Of a stretch of 64,000 bases of DNA, positions 53,264 to 64,000 are shown piece by piece. Origin of the DNA: Longimicrobiales bacterium (GTDB taxonomy: Bacteria; Gemmatimonadota; Gemmatimonadetes; Longimicrobiales; Gaopeijiaceae); the NCBI GenBank assembly GCA_965203485.1, contig OZ241892.1:2656001-2720000 (forward strand). The letters run 5' to 3'. Position 1 is the first letter of the stretch; each line of letters begins with the position of its first letter. A model generated the notes under the pieces. The model was given only the letters and a program-made list of their open reading frames with translations, searched no databases and had not been told where the DNA came from. The translations under genes and the position numbers were made by a program.

Positions 53264-53355
53264 CGGAATTCGAAGACGCACCACCGGCTCGCGGGGCTTC
53301 CACGCGCGAACGGGCGCGGCCCCGGCCAGGTCGGCGGTGGGTCCGCCGCGCCCAG

Positions 53356-54723
53356 CTAAGGGCGCGTGCCCGGCACAACCACCGGGTTGCCGTCCTTCAC
53401 CAAGCCGACAAGCGGGGTTCGCCCGGGAACCCAGTAGCAGAGTTCGGCCAGGTCGCGCACCCCCCACAGGGCGAGGTCCGCGCGCTTCCCGACGGCCAGG
53501 ACGCCGGCGTCCGCGTCGACGCCCAGCGCCTTTGCCGCCGCCGAGGTCATGCCCAGCAACGCTTCCTCCGGCGTCAGCCCGAACAGCGTGCACGCCATGT
53601 TCAGAATCATGCCGACGTTCGTGAAGGGCGAAGAACCTGGGTTGGCGTCTGTCGCCACGGCCATGGGGACGCCCGCGTCCCGCAATGCCTGCACGGGCGG
53701 AACCCGGCGGGCGCGCAACGCGTGGGCCGCACCGGGAAGGAGAACGGCCGAGACGTCCGCTTCGGCCATGGCCTCGACGCCCTGCGGCGAGAGATGTTCC
53801 AGGTGGTCGGCCGAGTTCGCGCCGACCTCGGCGGCCAGCGCCCCGCCCCCGCCGTCGGAGAGCTGGTCGGCATGGACGTGGCCGCGCAGGCCCGCCGCGA
53901 TGCCTGCGCCCAGCACTGCACGGGCATCTTCCACCGAGAACGCGATTTTCTCGCAGAAGACGTCGACCCCCGTGGCAAGGCCGCGCTCGAGAGCCGCCGG
54001 CAGGACTTCGCCGATCACGAGATCGACATAGGCGGACCGCCGCCCCTCGTACTCCGGCGGAACCGCGTGCGCGGCGAGCAACGTGGGCGCGACGTCCACG
54101 GGCAACCCGCGGCCCGCCTCGGCCGCCGCTTCGAGCATCTTGAGCTCGGTGTCGACGTCGAGCCCGTAGCCCGACTTGATCTCGACCGTGGTCACGCCCC
54201 ACGCCCCCAGGTCGCCGAGCCGCGTCGCCGCGCCGTCGGCCAGCTCGCGCTGACTCGCCGCCCGAGTGGCGCGCACGGTGGACCGGATACCTCCCCCGGC
54301 CCGGGCGATCTCCTCGTACGACGCGCCGCGAAGCCTGCGCCGGAACTCGTCGGCGCGGCTGCCTGCGAAGACGAGGTGCGTGTGGCAGTCGATGAACCCC
54401 GGCGTAAGCCAGCCGCCCTGCAATTCGACAACTTGGACGCCGACGAGAAGATGCTCGGGCGGCAAGCACGCCGCCGGACCAATCCAGGCGATGCGGCCGT
54501 TCCGGGCAGCGACGGCCCCGTCTTCGACGATCCCCAGCAGCGGATCCGTCATGCACGCCAAGTCGGCGCCGACCCACACGCGGTCCCATTCGGGGGGACC
54601 CGCGCCGTCCCAAGACGCAGCCTCGTCGCCGCCGGCAGCGCCGCCGTTGCCGACGTTCCGTTCAGGGGGACCGGCGCCGTCGCCGGGCGCCGGCCGGCCA
54701 CCGCGTCCCGATGCGATATTCAT
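53356..54723 (-). CDS. hutI: Imidazolonepropionase
   Basis: TPGFIDCHTHLVFAGSRADEF, EIKSGYGL, DVFCE, HADQL, ADHLE, ATDANPGSS. Start is approximate. Confidence 0.93.
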   Translation of the reverse strand: MNIASGRGGRPAPGDGAGPPERNVGNGGAAGGDEAASWDGAGPPEWDRVWVGADLACMTDPLLGIVEDGAVAARNGRIAWIGPAACLPPEHLLVGVQVVELQGGWLTPGFIDCHTHLVFAGSRADEFRRRLRGASYEEIARAGGGIRSTVRATRAASQRELADGAATRLGDLGAWGVTTVEIKSGYGLDVDTELKMLEAAAEAGRGLPVDVAPTLLAAHAVPPEYEGRRSAYVDLVIGEVLPAALERGLATGVDVFCEKIAFSVEDARAVLGAGIAAGLRGHVHADQLSDGGGGALAAEVGANSADHLEHLSPQGVEAMAEADVSAVLLPGAAHALRARRVPPVQALRDAGVPMAVATDANPGSSPFTNVGMILNMACTLFGLTPEEALLGMTSAAAKALGVDADAGVLAVGKRADLALWGVRDLAELCYWVPGRTPLVGLVKDGNPVVVPGTRP

Positions 54724-54891
54724 GCGTCCCGTTGCACGCGCCGCCACGGCCGTGCTCTCGCGGCGCGGCGCCGCGTCGCTTGGCCGCCGTCGGCCGACCC
54801 GCGCGTCGCCGCTCCAGGGGACGGCCGACGCAAGGCTCGCCATCTCCGTTCGCGTTCTCCGCGCCGGCGGCGTACGGGATGCGAGGCTCTC

Positions 54892-56415
54892 ATGACCGTT
54901 CAGCGCACACTCCGCTTCGACCGCCTCCTGGTCGCGGACCGGTGGGTCCACGACGCGCGAGTTCGGGTTGGGAGCGCCGGCTTGGTCGAAGCGGTCGAAG
55001 GCGACGGCACGGCCGCAGGGGCCGGCGGCGAAGACGGAGAGGCGGCAACGGGGCGTGGCGAGGGCGAGGGCTTGGGCTCGGGAAAGCGATTGCCGGTCGA
55101 ACACGCAAGGGGCTGGGCGGTCCCCGGCGTCCCCAACGTACACAGCCACGCGTTCCAACGCGCCATGGCGGGCTTGGCCGAAGGGCCGGCGAGGCGTTCG
55201 TTTTGGACGTGGCGCAACACGATGTACCGCTTTCTCGAGCGGCTGACGCCCGATCACGTCGAGGCGGTGGCCGCCCAGTTGTACGTCGAGCTGCTGAAGG
55301 CCGGCTTCACGTGCGTCGGCGAGTTCCACTACCTCCAGCACGGCCCGGGGGGGAGGCCCTACGCCGACCCGGGCGAAATGAGCCTAAGGATCCTCGTGGC
55401 GGCGTGCACCGCGGGCATCGGGCTGGTGCACATGCCGGCGGTGTACGAAGCGGGCGGCTTCGGCGGCGCGCCGATGGAGCCGGGCCAACGGCGGTTCCGT
55501 CTGGACTTGGACTCGGCGGTCCGGCTGCACGAGGACCTTTCCCAGGCGTTCTCGCGGTCGGGGTCCGGCCAGCGGCTCGGCTGGGCCGTCCACAGCTTGC
55601 GCGCCGTCTCGTCGGCGTCCTTTCGGCGGGCCGCGGCCCTCCTCGACGAGACCGGCGCCGCCCCCGTCCACATTCACGTCGCCGAGCAGAAGCGCGAGGT
55701 GGAGGAATGCGTTCGCGTCCGGGGCGCGAGCCCGGTCGCGTGGCTCCTTGCGAACGCGCCCGTGGACGACCGCTGGTGCTTGGTTCACGCTACGCACATG
55801 ACCAGTGGCGAAGCGACGGCCGTCGCGGACCGCAGAGCGACGGTCGGCCTCTGTCCCGCGACGGAGGCCAACCTGGGCGACGGACTCTTTCCGCTGGGCG
55901 AGTTCGCCGGTTGCGGCGGACGCTTCGCCGTGGGCACCGACAGCCACGTCTCCCGCTGCCCCGCCGAGGAACTCCGCTTGCTGGAGTACGGCCAGCGCCT
56001 GGTCCGGCGGCGGCGATTCGTCCTGCCGTCGCCGTCGCCGGAGGGCGTTCCGGGCAAAGCTGGCGCCCGGCGCCGCGCGACGGGCCGCTCCCCGCTGGAC
56101 GGCGCAGGCGGCACGCTTCTCTCCCACGCGTGGCAAGGCGGCGCGCAGGCCCTGTCCTGGAACGGAGGACACGTCGGCGCCGGCGCCCGGGCCGACTTCG
56201 TCGTCCTCGACGCGGAGCATCCCGCCCTGGCGGGGCGAGACGGACGCCAAGTCCTCGACTCCTGGCTCTTCTCGGGGACGGACAGCCCGGTCAAGGACGT
56301 GTTCGTCGGCGGCGAAGGGGTCGTGCGCGACGGACGCCACTTGCGCGAGGAAGAGGTCGCGCGCGCCTACCGGGAAGCCGTTGCATCGCTGGGACGGCCG
56401 CTCGGCAACGGTTGA
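54892..56415 (+). CDS. hutF: Formimidoylglutamate deiminase
   Basis: NVHSHAFQRAMAGLAE, SFWTWR, GEFHYL, HSLRAV, HIHVAEQ, CPATEANLGDG, EELRLLEYGQRL. Confidence 0.93.
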   Translation: MTVQRTLRFDRLLVADRWVHDARVRVGSAGLVEAVEGDGTAAGAGGEDGEAATGRGEGEGLGSGKRLPVEHARGWAVPGVPNVHSHAFQRAMAGLAEGPARRSFWTWRNTMYRFLERLTPDHVEAVAAQLYVELLKAGFTCVGEFHYLQHGPGGRPYADPGEMSLRILVAACTAGIGLVHMPAVYEAGGFGGAPMEPGQRRFRLDLDSAVRLHEDLSQAFSRSGSGQRLGWAVHSLRAVSSASFRRAAALLDETGAAPVHIHVAEQKREVEECVRVRGASPVAWLLANAPVDDRWCLVHATHMTSGEATAVADRRATVGLCPATEANLGDGLFPLGEFAGCGGRFAVGTDSHVSRCPAEELRLLEYGQRLVRRRRFVLPSPSPEGVPGKAGARRRATGRSPLDGAGGTLLSHAWQGGAQALSWNGGHVGAGARADFVVLDAEHPALAGRDGRQVLDSWLFSGTDSPVKDVFVGGEGVVRDGRHLREEEVARAYREAVASLGRPLGNG

Positions 56416-56484
56416 AGGATCAGGGGCGACCCGCGCGTCGCCCGAGACGGCAGGCGGATCGGCGGCGGCAAGCGGCGTCCCCGG

Positions 56485-58161
56485 TCAGTCCTCCCGGTGG
56501 TCCGGCGACCCGGCGGCGGGAATCTTGATCCCCGCCTCGCGGGCGGTCTCGGCAGCTTCGTCGTAGCCGGCATCGGCGTGGCGGACGACGCCCAAGCCTG
56601 GATCGTTCGTCAGCACGCGCTCGATCCTCGCGCGCATTTCGGGCGTGCCGTCGGCCACGAGGACCTGTCCGGCGTGCAGCGAGTTGCCGATCCCCACGCC
56701 GCCGCCGTGGTGGAACGACACCCAGCTCGCGCCGGACGCCGTGTTGAGCAGCGCGTTGAGGACCGGCCAGTCCGCCACCGCGTCCGATCCGTCCTTCATG
56801 CGCTCGGTCTCGCGATAGGGCGACGCCACGGACCCAGTGTCCAGGTGGTCGCGCCCGATGACGATCGGCGCTCCGACCTTGCCTCGGGCGACCAACTCGT
56901 TCATTGCGACGCCGAAGCGCGCCCGCTCCCCCTGGCCCAGCCAGCAAATGCGCGCGGGCAGGCCCTGAAAGGCCACTTGCTCGCGCGCCATGCGGATCCA
57001 CCTGCACAGGTGCTCGTCGCGCGGAAACATCTCCAGGACCAAGTCGTCCGTGCGGTGAATGTCGGCAGGCTCCCCGGAGAGGGCTACCCATCGAAACGGC
57101 CCCCGCCCTCGGCAGAACAAGGGCCGCACATAGGCCGGCACGAATCCGGGGTACGCGAAAGCGTCCTCGAATCCGGCATCCCGGGCGTAGCCGCGCAGGT
57201 TGTTGCCGTAGTCCAGGGCCACGGCGCCGCGCCGCTGCATCTCCACGATGGCTTCGCAATGGACGCGGATCGAAGCCATTGAACGCCGGCGGTACTCGGC
57301 GGGGTCGCGCTCGCGCAGCTCGGCCGCCTGCCCGACCGCCAGCCCGGCCGGTATGTAGCCGTTCAGCGGATCGTGGGCCGACGTCTGGTCGGTGACGACA
57401 TCGGGAACGATGCCCTCGTCCAGGAACGCCGGCAGTACCTCGGCGCAGTTGCCGACCAGCCCGACCGACAACGCCTTCTTCGCCCGCACTGCTTCGAGCG
57501 TCCAAGCAACCGCATCCGCGCGGTCGTGCGTCATCTTGTCGCAGTACCCCGTGGCGATCCTCCGTTCGATCCGGCAGGGATCGGCCTCCACCACCAGAAC
57601 GGCGCCCCCGTGCATCGTGGCGGCCAGCGGTTGCGCGCCGCCCATGCCGCCCATGCCGCCCGTGAGGATCCAGCGCCCGGCCAGTCGTCCCTCGAAGTGA
57701 GCCCGCGCCACGGCGCCGAAAGTCTCGTAGGTGCCCTGGAGGATGCCCTGCGTGCCGATGTATATCCACGAACCGGCGGTCATCTGGCCGTACATCGTGA
57801 GGCCCGCGCGCTCCAGCTCGCGAAAGCGCTCCCAGTCGGCCCAGCGTCCCACGAGGTTGGCGTTGGCGATGAGGACGCGCGGCGCGTGGGCGTGGGTGCG
57901 AAACACGCCGACGGGCTTCCCCGACTGAACGATCAGGGTCTCGTCGCCGTCCAGGACCTCGAGCGCGGCGACGATGGCGTCGAACGCCTCCCAGTTGCGC
58001 GCCGCCTTGCCCGTCCCCCCGTAGACGACCAGGCGGGCGGGGTCTTCGGCCACTTCCGGGTCCAAGTTGTTCATCAACATGCGGAGCGCGGCTTCCTGGG
58101 TCCACCCTCGGCACCGCAGGGCCGTTCCTCGCGGCGCCCGTACCACGCGTCCCCCGCTCAC
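56485..58161 (-). CDS. hutU: Urocanate hydratase
   Basis: [59 protein letters not shown] start at 58161 is probable. Confidence 0.95.
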   Translation of the reverse strand: MSGGRVVRAPRGTALRCRGWTQEAALRMLMNNLDPEVAEDPARLVVYGGTGKAARNWEAFDAIVAALEVLDGDETLIVQSGKPVGVFRTHAHAPRVLIANANLVGRWADWERFRELERAGLTMYGQMTAGSWIYIGTQGILQGTYETFGAVARAHFEGRLAGRWILTGGMGGMGGAQPLAATMHGGAVLVVEADPCRIERRIATGYCDKMTHDRADAVAWTLEAVRAKKALSVGLVGNCAEVLPAFLDEGIVPDVVTDQTSAHDPLNGYIPAGLAVGQAAELRERDPAEYRRRSMASIRVHCEAIVEMQRRGAVALDYGNNLRGYARDAGFEDAFAYPGFVPAYVRPLFCRGRGPFRWVALSGEPADIHRTDDLVLEMFPRDEHLCRWIRMAREQVAFQGLPARICWLGQGERARFGVAMNELVARGKVGAPIVIGRDHLDTGSVASPYRETERMKDGSDAVADWPVLNALLNTASGASWVSFHHGGGVGIGNSLHAGQVLVADGTPEMRARIERVLTNDPGLGVVRHADAGYDEAAETAREAGIKIPAAGSPDHRED

Positions 58162-58366
58162 CGATTCCCTCGCGGCCGACCCGCAGGCGCCGGGGCGCGG
58201 CGGCGCGGGTCCGTCAGTCCTCTCACCGCCGGCGCCGCACAGCCGAGCGCCTGGTCCCCGGCGCGAGGGAATCGCGGGGCGCGTCCGCCTGTCCTCCGCT
58301 CGCCAAGCCTCGCTTCCCAAGCCCGCCGGCGCCCGGCCCGCGGCGCCGCCTCCCGCGTTCTCCCAT

Positions 58367-59890
58367 TCATGGATTCCCTCCGTCGTCTTCGTGGAGCCGG
58401 GCCAACGCGCCGGCCCGCAACATCGAGGCCGCCACGTCGATGTCCGGACTCAAGCTGCGGTCCTCGTCCAGCGCCGCAATCCGGCTCCGCAACGTCCCCA
58501 CCGCGCGCTCGACCCCGCGCCCGGCCCGCAACGGCCGGTGGAACTCGACGGCCTGCGCCGCGCACAACAGCTCGACCGCCAGAACGACCTCCAGCATGCC
58601 GACGCTCCTGCGCAGCTTGCGCGCGGCCGCGAACCCCATCGAGACGTGATCTTCCTGGCCCGCGCTCGTCGGCACGGAGTCGATGCTGGCGGGCGCGGCC
58701 AGGACGCGCATCTCGGCCAGCGCGTCGGCCGCCGTGATCTGCGCCATCATGAAGCCGGAGCGCACGCCGGGGCGGGGCGTCAGGAAGGCGGGCAACCCCG
58801 AGAGCGCGGGATTGAGCAGGCGGTCGGTGCGCCGCTCGGAGATGGAAGCCAGGTCGGTGGCCGCGATGGCGGCCAGGTCCAGGCCCTGCGCGACGATTTG
58901 GGCGTGGAAGTTGCCGCCGCTCAGCACGGCGCCGTGGTTCGGCAGCACCAGCGGGTTGTCGGTCGTGGAGTTGGCCTCCACCTCGAGGACGCGGCGGACG
59001 TATGCGGCGGCTTCGCGGGCGGCGCCATGGACCTGCGGGATGCAGCGCAGCGAATAGGCGTCCTGGACGCGCGGGTCGCCGGCGCGGTGCGATTCGCGGA
59101 TCTCGGAGGCCGCCAGGAGGGCGCGCATCCGCCGGGCTGTCGCGATCTGCCCGGCATGCGGGCGCGCTTCGTGTATCTCGGCGCGAAAGGCGGCGGGCGT
59201 TCCCTTCAGCCCCTCCAAGGACGAGGCGCCCGCCACGTCCGCGGCGTCGATCGCCCGTTCCAGCCGCAAGAGCGCCAGGATGCCGACCGCCGTGGACGCC
59301 TGCGTCCCGTTGAGCAACGCCATTCCCTCCTTCTCGGCGAATTCCACGGCCTCGATCCCAACCTCGCCGAGCAGCTCGGCCGCCGGGGCGGTCCGTCCGT
59401 CCCGTTGCGCCGTTCCCTCGCCAGCCAGGACCAGCGCGGCGTGCGCAAGCGGCACCAGATCGCCGCTGGCCCCGAGCGAGCCGATCTCGGGAACGACCGG
59501 ATGCACCCGCCCGTTCAGCAGGTCCAGCAGACGTTCCACGACGACCGGGCGACACCCGGAATGGCCTCGCGCCAGGGTGTTGGCGCGCAACAGGAGCATG
59601 GCTCGGACTTCCGCTTCCGGCAAAGGCCTTCCGCTCCCGGCGGCGTGGCTGCGAACCAAGTTCCTCTGCAGCGCCCGGCGCTCGGACGGGGGCACCGGCT
59701 CGCTCGCGAGGGCTCCGAAGCCCGTGGTCACTCCGTAGACCGGCGCTCCGGTGGCCAGGATCGACTTCAGTTGCTCGTGCGACCGGCGCACCTTGGCCAG
59801 CGCGTCCGCTCCCAGGCGGACGGATTCGCCCGCTTCCGCCACCGCGGCGACCTGCTCGAGGGCCAGCCCGTGTCCTCGGATAGTGATCAA
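58367..59890 (-). CDS. hutH: Histidine ammonia-lyase
   Basis: [20 protein letters not shown]-forming [27 protein letters not shown]. Start is approximate (ORF is open from 60034). Confidence 0.95.
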   Translation of the reverse strand: MITIRGHGLALEQVAAVAEAGESVRLGADALAKVRRSHEQLKSILATGAPVYGVTTGFGALASEPVPPSERRALQRNLVRSHAAGSGRPLPEAEVRAMLLLRANTLARGHSGCRPVVVERLLDLLNGRVHPVVPEIGSLGASGDLVPLAHAALVLAGEGTAQRDGRTAPAAELLGEVGIEAVEFAEKEGMALLNGTQASTAVGILALLRLERAIDAADVAGASSLEGLKGTPAAFRAEIHEARPHAGQIATARRMRALLAASEIRESHRAGDPRVQDAYSLRCIPQVHGAAREAAAYVRRVLEVEANSTTDNPLVLPNHGAVLSGGNFHAQIVAQGLDLAAIAATDLASISERRTDRLLNPALSGLPAFLTPRPGVRSGFMMAQITAADALAEMRVLAAPASIDSVPTSAGQEDHVSMGFAAARKLRRSVGMLEVVLAVELLCAAQAVEFHRPLRAGRGVERAVGTLRSRIAALDEDRSLSPDIDVAASMLRAGALARLHEDDGGNP

Positions 59891-60411
59891 GGCGCGTCGT
59901 TCCGTTGCGGAGGCGGCTCTCGCCGGCCCGACGAAGCTCTCGACGGCCCCGAGCGTTGGGCCGGAGCCGCGCGCTCGTGGGCTCGGCATCGGCGACCGCG
60001 CCGAAATAGGGATCGGAACGGAGACGTGCCGCATCGGCGGAGGCGCACTAACTTACGGTTGCGCGCTCAAGCATGCCGTGCGCGGGCGGACGCAACAACA
60101 GGCGGGCCGCGGCGGACCTGGACGCCGAAGGGCATGCCGCACCGCGCTCGGACGCACCCGTCGGCGGCCGAACGTGCACATGGAGACGCGAGACACCTTC
60201 GGACAGACCATTGACCGTCCTCTCCAGACAGTACGCGGGGTTGCCCGCCGCGCGCCGACGCCGACGGCCTTGCGGCCACGCTCTCGCCACGAGGCAGGGT
60301 CCGGCCGCAACTGCGAAGCGCGGATCAAGGGCGGCCGCCGTTCTTCCTGCCCGGCGCGAGTCTGCCCGCGCGGTCGGGCGGGCGAGCTCCGCCGGGGCTT
60401 CTCAAATCCGC

Positions 60412-61359
60412 ATGGGGCCGTCCCGCGCGACGCCGGCGCCACGGCCCCGCCGACTGCCGTGGGTCTCGGTCGGCGGCGCGTGCCTTGCCTTCGGATGCTC
60501 GGGGCATGCCGGCGCCGCATCCGAAATCGAGAGCTTGCTGGCCGGCTACCGGGCGGAGATGGCCGCGGAGCTCGCGGAAGTGGTTGGATACGCGACCGGC
60601 CCGTTCGCAAAGGCGGATCCAGAGGGCGCGCTGGACAACTTGGTGGCCGACGCCGTCCTGCACGCGGCCCGGCAGGAGGTGGACGACACGGTGCATGCCG
60701 CATTGCTCAACGACGGCGGACTTCGCGTGCCCCTCCTGGCGTCCGGCCCCCTTCTGATGACCCACGCGTTCGAGCTGCTGCCCTTCAGGAACTACCTCAC
60801 GGTGCTCACGCTCTCGGGCGAGGAGATGGAGCGGCTTGCGGACGAGATCGCCGCCAGCCGGGGTGAGCCCGTGGCCGGCTGGACGATGATGCTGGACGGC
60901 GACGACGCCGTCGACGTGCGCGTTGGCGGCGAGCCGGTCGATCCCGCCCGCGACTACAAATTGGTGACGGTCGACTATCTCGTGGACGGCGGAGGCGCCC
61001 GGAGCCTCCTCTGGGACATCGACCCCAGCAAGCGCCGGGACGTGGGACTCTTGATTCGAGACGCCTTCGTACGCTATGTGAGCGAAATGCACGAAGTGAG
61101 CCCGGTCCTGGACGGGCGCATACGTTTCGTGGAAGCGCCCCGGGGATCCCGGAGCGCGCCACCTCGGGACGCGACGGAGTCCTCCACCACGATGCATCGG
61201 GACGGGCCGCCCGCAGTGCGGCCGCGTCCGGGAGCCCGCCATGCACGGCGTCGTCGAAGCACGGCGCACCGGCGGCGCACCGCGAATGGCCCGCGAACGG
61301 CCGGTCTCTCGGCGGCGCCTGGCGACTCGGACGCGGCGCCGGGACCAGCCGCGAGATGA
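60412..61359 (+). CDS. 5'-nucleotidase C-terminal domain protein
   Basis: LDNLVADAV, NDGGLRVPL, ELLPFRNYL, TVDYLVDGG. Start is approximate. Confidence 0.82.
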   Translation: MGPSRATPAPRPRRLPWVSVGGACLAFGCSGHAGAASEIESLLAGYRAEMAAELAEVVGYATGPFAKADPEGALDNLVADAVLHAARQEVDDTVHAALLNDGGLRVPLLASGPLLMTHAFELLPFRNYLTVLTLSGEEMERLADEIAASRGEPVAGWTMMLDGDDAVDVRVGGEPVDPARDYKLVTVDYLVDGGGARSLLWDIDPSKRRDVGLLIRDAFVRYVSEMHEVSPVLDGRIRFVEAPRGSRSAPPRDATESSTTMHRDGPPAVRPRPGARHARRRRSTAHRRRTANGPRTAGLSAAPGDSDAAPGPAAR

Positions 61360-62378
61360 ACCGCCGGCGCTTCGTCCGCCATGGGGGCATCGCCTGCGCA
61401 GGGGGCATTGTCGGCGCGGCCGGCCCCTCCGGCTTGGCCGCGGGCACGCTGCTTGGCCGACCGGCCGACGCCCGCATCCACGCCGGAGCGCGCGACGGGC
61501 CCGCGGACGCGTACGGGCGCAGGATCGCCGCTCCCGTTCGGCTCGTCGTCCTGCACACGAACGACACCCACTCCCGGCTGGATCCGTTTCCGCGCGACCG
61601 AGGCCCGTTCGCGGGACGCGGCGGCGCCGCCCGCCGACACACCCTGGTGCGGCGCGTTCGCGACGCCAACGAGCACGTCCTGCTGCTCGACTCGGGCGAC
61701 ATCTTCCAAGGCACGCCGTACTTCAACTACTTCGGCGGCGAGCCCGAGTTTCTCGTGATGTCGAAGATGGGCTACGACGTCGCGACGCTGGGCAACCACG
61801 ACTTCGATGCCGGCGTGGACGGCTTGGTGAAGGTGCTGCCCAAGGCGGCCTTCCAGTTCGTGTCCGCCAACTACGACTTCACGGGGTCGGCGCTCGACGA
61901 GTGGGTGGAGCCGTACGTGACTCGCAACTTCGGCGGCGTGAAGGTCGGCATCTTCGGACTGGGCATCGCCTTTGCGGGACTGGTGCTGGCGCGTCTCCAC
62001 GAGGGAGTGACGTATCGCGACCCGGTCGAGACGGCCCGGACAACGGCTCGCAAGCTGAAGGAACAGGGTTGCGCGTTCGTCATTTGCCTGTCGCACCTGG
62101 GCTACAGGTACAGCGACGTGTCGCGGCCGAGCGACCAAACGATCGCGGCCGCGGCGCCGGACATCGACCTTGTCCTGGGCGGACACACGCACACGTTCTT
62201 GGACCGCCCCGAGGTGTTCCCGAACGAATCCGGCCACGGAACCATGGTCGCCCAGGTGGGCTGGGGCGGCATGCGCCTGGGCCGCATCGACGCCGGGTTC
62301 GACCAAACGGGACGCTTCACCGGCTGGGCCGCCGACTCCGCCGACTGGGGGTACGACATCGACGAACGCCTGGACTGA
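61356..62378 (+). CDS. 5'-nucleotidase N-terminal metallophosphoesterase with a Tat signal
   Basis: MNRRRFV, LHTNDTHS, DSGDIFQGT, GNHDFD, SHLG, GGHTH. Confidence 0.88.
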   Translation: MNRRRFVRHGGIACAGGIVGAAGPSGLAAGTLLGRPADARIHAGARDGPADAYGRRIAAPVRLVVLHTNDTHSRLDPFPRDRGPFAGRGGAARRHTLVRRVRDANEHVLLLDSGDIFQGTPYFNYFGGEPEFLVMSKMGYDVATLGNHDFDAGVDGLVKVLPKAAFQFVSANYDFTGSALDEWVEPYVTRNFGGVKVGIFGLGIAFAGLVLARLHEGVTYRDPVETARTTARKLKEQGCAFVICLSHLGYRYSDVSRPSDQTIAAAAPDIDLVLGGHTHTFLDRPEVFPNESGHGTMVAQVGWGGMRLGRIDAGFDQTGRFTGWAADSADWGYDIDERLD

Positions 62379-62402
62379 GCGAAGCGCGGCGCCGGACCGT
62401 CT

Positions 62403-63917
62403 CTACTTCGCCCCGTAGACGAAATCCTCCACTTCTCCGTGAATGCGGGCCACGGTCTCTTCCGACGGCGGCCGCGTGAACCGGGACACGCCCAGCGTCA
62501 CCACGAAGTTTGCAGCGACCGACCACAGCGCCTCGTGCACGCCCAGCGGCCGCACGAGAGCCCCGCCAGCCTCGACCAGGGGCAGTCCGAAGCCCGTCAC
62601 GTACAGAGTCGCGAGTCCCGTCGCCAGTCCCGCCACCACTCCCGTCCTCGTAGTGAGCCGCTTGCTCGGGAAGCAGACGCCGCAAACCGCGGGAAGCAGT
62701 TGCAGCGTGCCCGTCGCCGAAAGCGTCACCAGCCGCACCAGGAAGTCGAAGCTGTTCACCGTCAGCAAGTAGCTCACGACGAGCAGCCCGACGACGACGC
62801 AGCGGCCGAACGCCACGTAGTGGGCTTGGTTGCGGCGGGGGGCAACGTAGCGTTGGTACACGTCCCTCGTGAGGACGGTCATGTTGGAGTGCAGGATGGA
62901 GTCCAGCGTGGACATCGCCGCCGCCGTGGCCCCCGCAAGGATCAGGCCGGTGAGCCACGGGGAAGCGTGCTGAAACAGCAACTCGGGAAAGATGCGGTCC
63001 GGCCGTTCTAGTCCGGGCATCACCAGGGCGCCGCCGAGTCCCACGAATGCCGCCGGTATGAACAGCGTCATCAGATAGATGGGCGTGGTGGCGCCGAGGA
63101 TCTTGAGCGTGCGTCCCGAGGCCGCCGTGAAGTAGCGGATCATGATGTGCGGCTGAAAAACGACGCCGAACGACAGCGCAATCGTCATCCCCGCCCAAAC
63201 GCCGGGAGTGAACAGTCCCTCCGGCCCCGGCAAGCTGAGCAAGTCGGGCCTTTCGGCGGCCACTCGCCGCCAAAGCTCGACGGGTCCACCGAAAAGCTTG
63301 TACGTCAAGACGAGGGCGCCGGTCCAGACGGCTACGTACATCCACACTCCTTGGATGACGTCGGTCCAGTACACGGCGCGCAAGCCGCCGGCCATGAGGT
63401 ACGCCGCTGACACGAACAGCAGAATGGGCACCGCCAGCTCGAAGCTGATCCGATCTCCCGTGGACACCGAGAGGATGTACCCCAGCCCCGTCGCCTGGGC
63501 CTGGATGTACAGGATAGTGAAGAGCACCGACACGACCGCGACGATGACCCGGACGACTTCGCTCTCGTAGAAGTCGGCGAGCAGGTCGGCCGGAGTGACG
63601 TAGCCGAACTTCTTGCCCAGCGCCCAGATGCGCGTGCCCAGCACGTAGGTGACCGCACCCACGAGAACGGTCCACGTGCCCGCCGCCCAGAAGCCGATGC
63701 CGTGCTGGTAGAAGTAGCCGCCGGAGCCGAGGAACGCGAACGCGGAGTGATACGTTGCCACGACCGTCAGGTAGAGGACGACGATCCCGGCCTTCCTGCC
63801 GTAGAGCAGAAAGTCCTCGATCGTCTTGGACGTGCGCCTGCGGGCGATCTCGCCGATGATCAGGACCGCGACCAAGTAGGCGGCGACAAGCGTCGTCGCG
63901 ACGACCCAGGCTTGCAT
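62403..63917 (-). CDS. Sodium:solute symporter family protein
   Basis: SAFAFLG, GGLRAVYWTDVIQG, AAAMSTLDS; many TM segments. Confidence 0.92.
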   Translation of the reverse strand: MQAWVVATTLVAAYLVAVLIIGEIARRRTSKTIEDFLLYGRKAGIVVLYLTVVATYHSAFAFLGSGGYFYQHGIGFWAAGTWTVLVGAVTYVLGTRIWALGKKFGYVTPADLLADFYESEVVRVIVAVVSVLFTILYIQAQATGLGYILSVSTGDRISFELAVPILLFVSAAYLMAGGLRAVYWTDVIQGVWMYVAVWTGALVLTYKLFGGPVELWRRVAAERPDLLSLPGPEGLFTPGVWAGMTIALSFGVVFQPHIMIRYFTAASGRTLKILGATTPIYLMTLFIPAAFVGLGGALVMPGLERPDRIFPELLFQHASPWLTGLILAGATAAAMSTLDSILHSNMTVLTRDVYQRYVAPRRNQAHYVAFGRCVVVGLLVVSYLLTVNSFDFLVRLVTLSATGTLQLLPAVCGVCFPSKRLTTRTGVVAGLATGLATLYVTGFGLPLVEAGGALVRPLGVHEALWSVAANFVVTLGVSRFTRPPSEETVARIHGEVEDFVYGAK

Positions 63918-64000
63918 CAGAGTCCCTTGCGCAGAGCCCAGAGCAGCACGCCGATCGCGGCCGCGTAGACTGCGAGCAGGTAGACGAACAGGAACGGCGC
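63917..64000 (-). CDS. Small membrane protein preceding the symporter (3' end only)
   Basis: APFLFVYLLAVYAAAIGVLLWALRKGL* with a TGATG overlap into the symporter. Confidence 0.6.
   Translation of the reverse strand, partial: APFLFVYLLAVYAAAIGVLLWALRKGL

Noticed and set aside
53356..59890. hut cluster lacking hutG and hutC
   Set aside because: These genes are often located elsewhere, so absence from a 64-kb window is uninformative
60412..62378. Split, order-reversed 5'-nucleotidase
   Set aside because: A two-gene arrangement with the C-domain gene first is a familiar organisation, not a novelty

Overview
GC-rich bacterial DNA. The gene content (tandem VPS10/BNR proteins, Oar-type TonB receptor, Rpn nuclease) is reminiscent of Gemmatimonadota or sponge-symbiont genomes, but this is only an impression. 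Positions 1-23.2 kb and 30.6-35.5 kb form a dense defence island: a NACHT/STAND ATPase, an AAA-DUF4143 ATPase, a type I R-M locus, an Rpn nuclease, a TIR-Nmad2-MazG-UDG operon split by an IS3, Mrr, an ISL3 relic, Schlafen/AlbA_2 proteins, ParA, a type IIG-like MTase, an NDT/ATP-cone fusion and an ABC-ATPase plus nuclease pair. The rest is mostly housekeeping: a 17-gene tRNA array with its own sigma70 promoter, phhB, ligA, an ECF sigma/anti-sigma pair, hutHUIF, a split 5'-nucleotidase and a sodium:solute symporter. The most striking element is the type I R-M system. Its HsdR carries an in-frame LexA/S24 autoprotease domain with an intact Ala-Gly site and Ser-Lys dyad, placed between the nuclease domain and Walker A. 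Its HsdS is fused to an MNT antitoxin and sits directly behind a HEPN toxin gene. All family calls come from motifs read by eye; no database searches were run.
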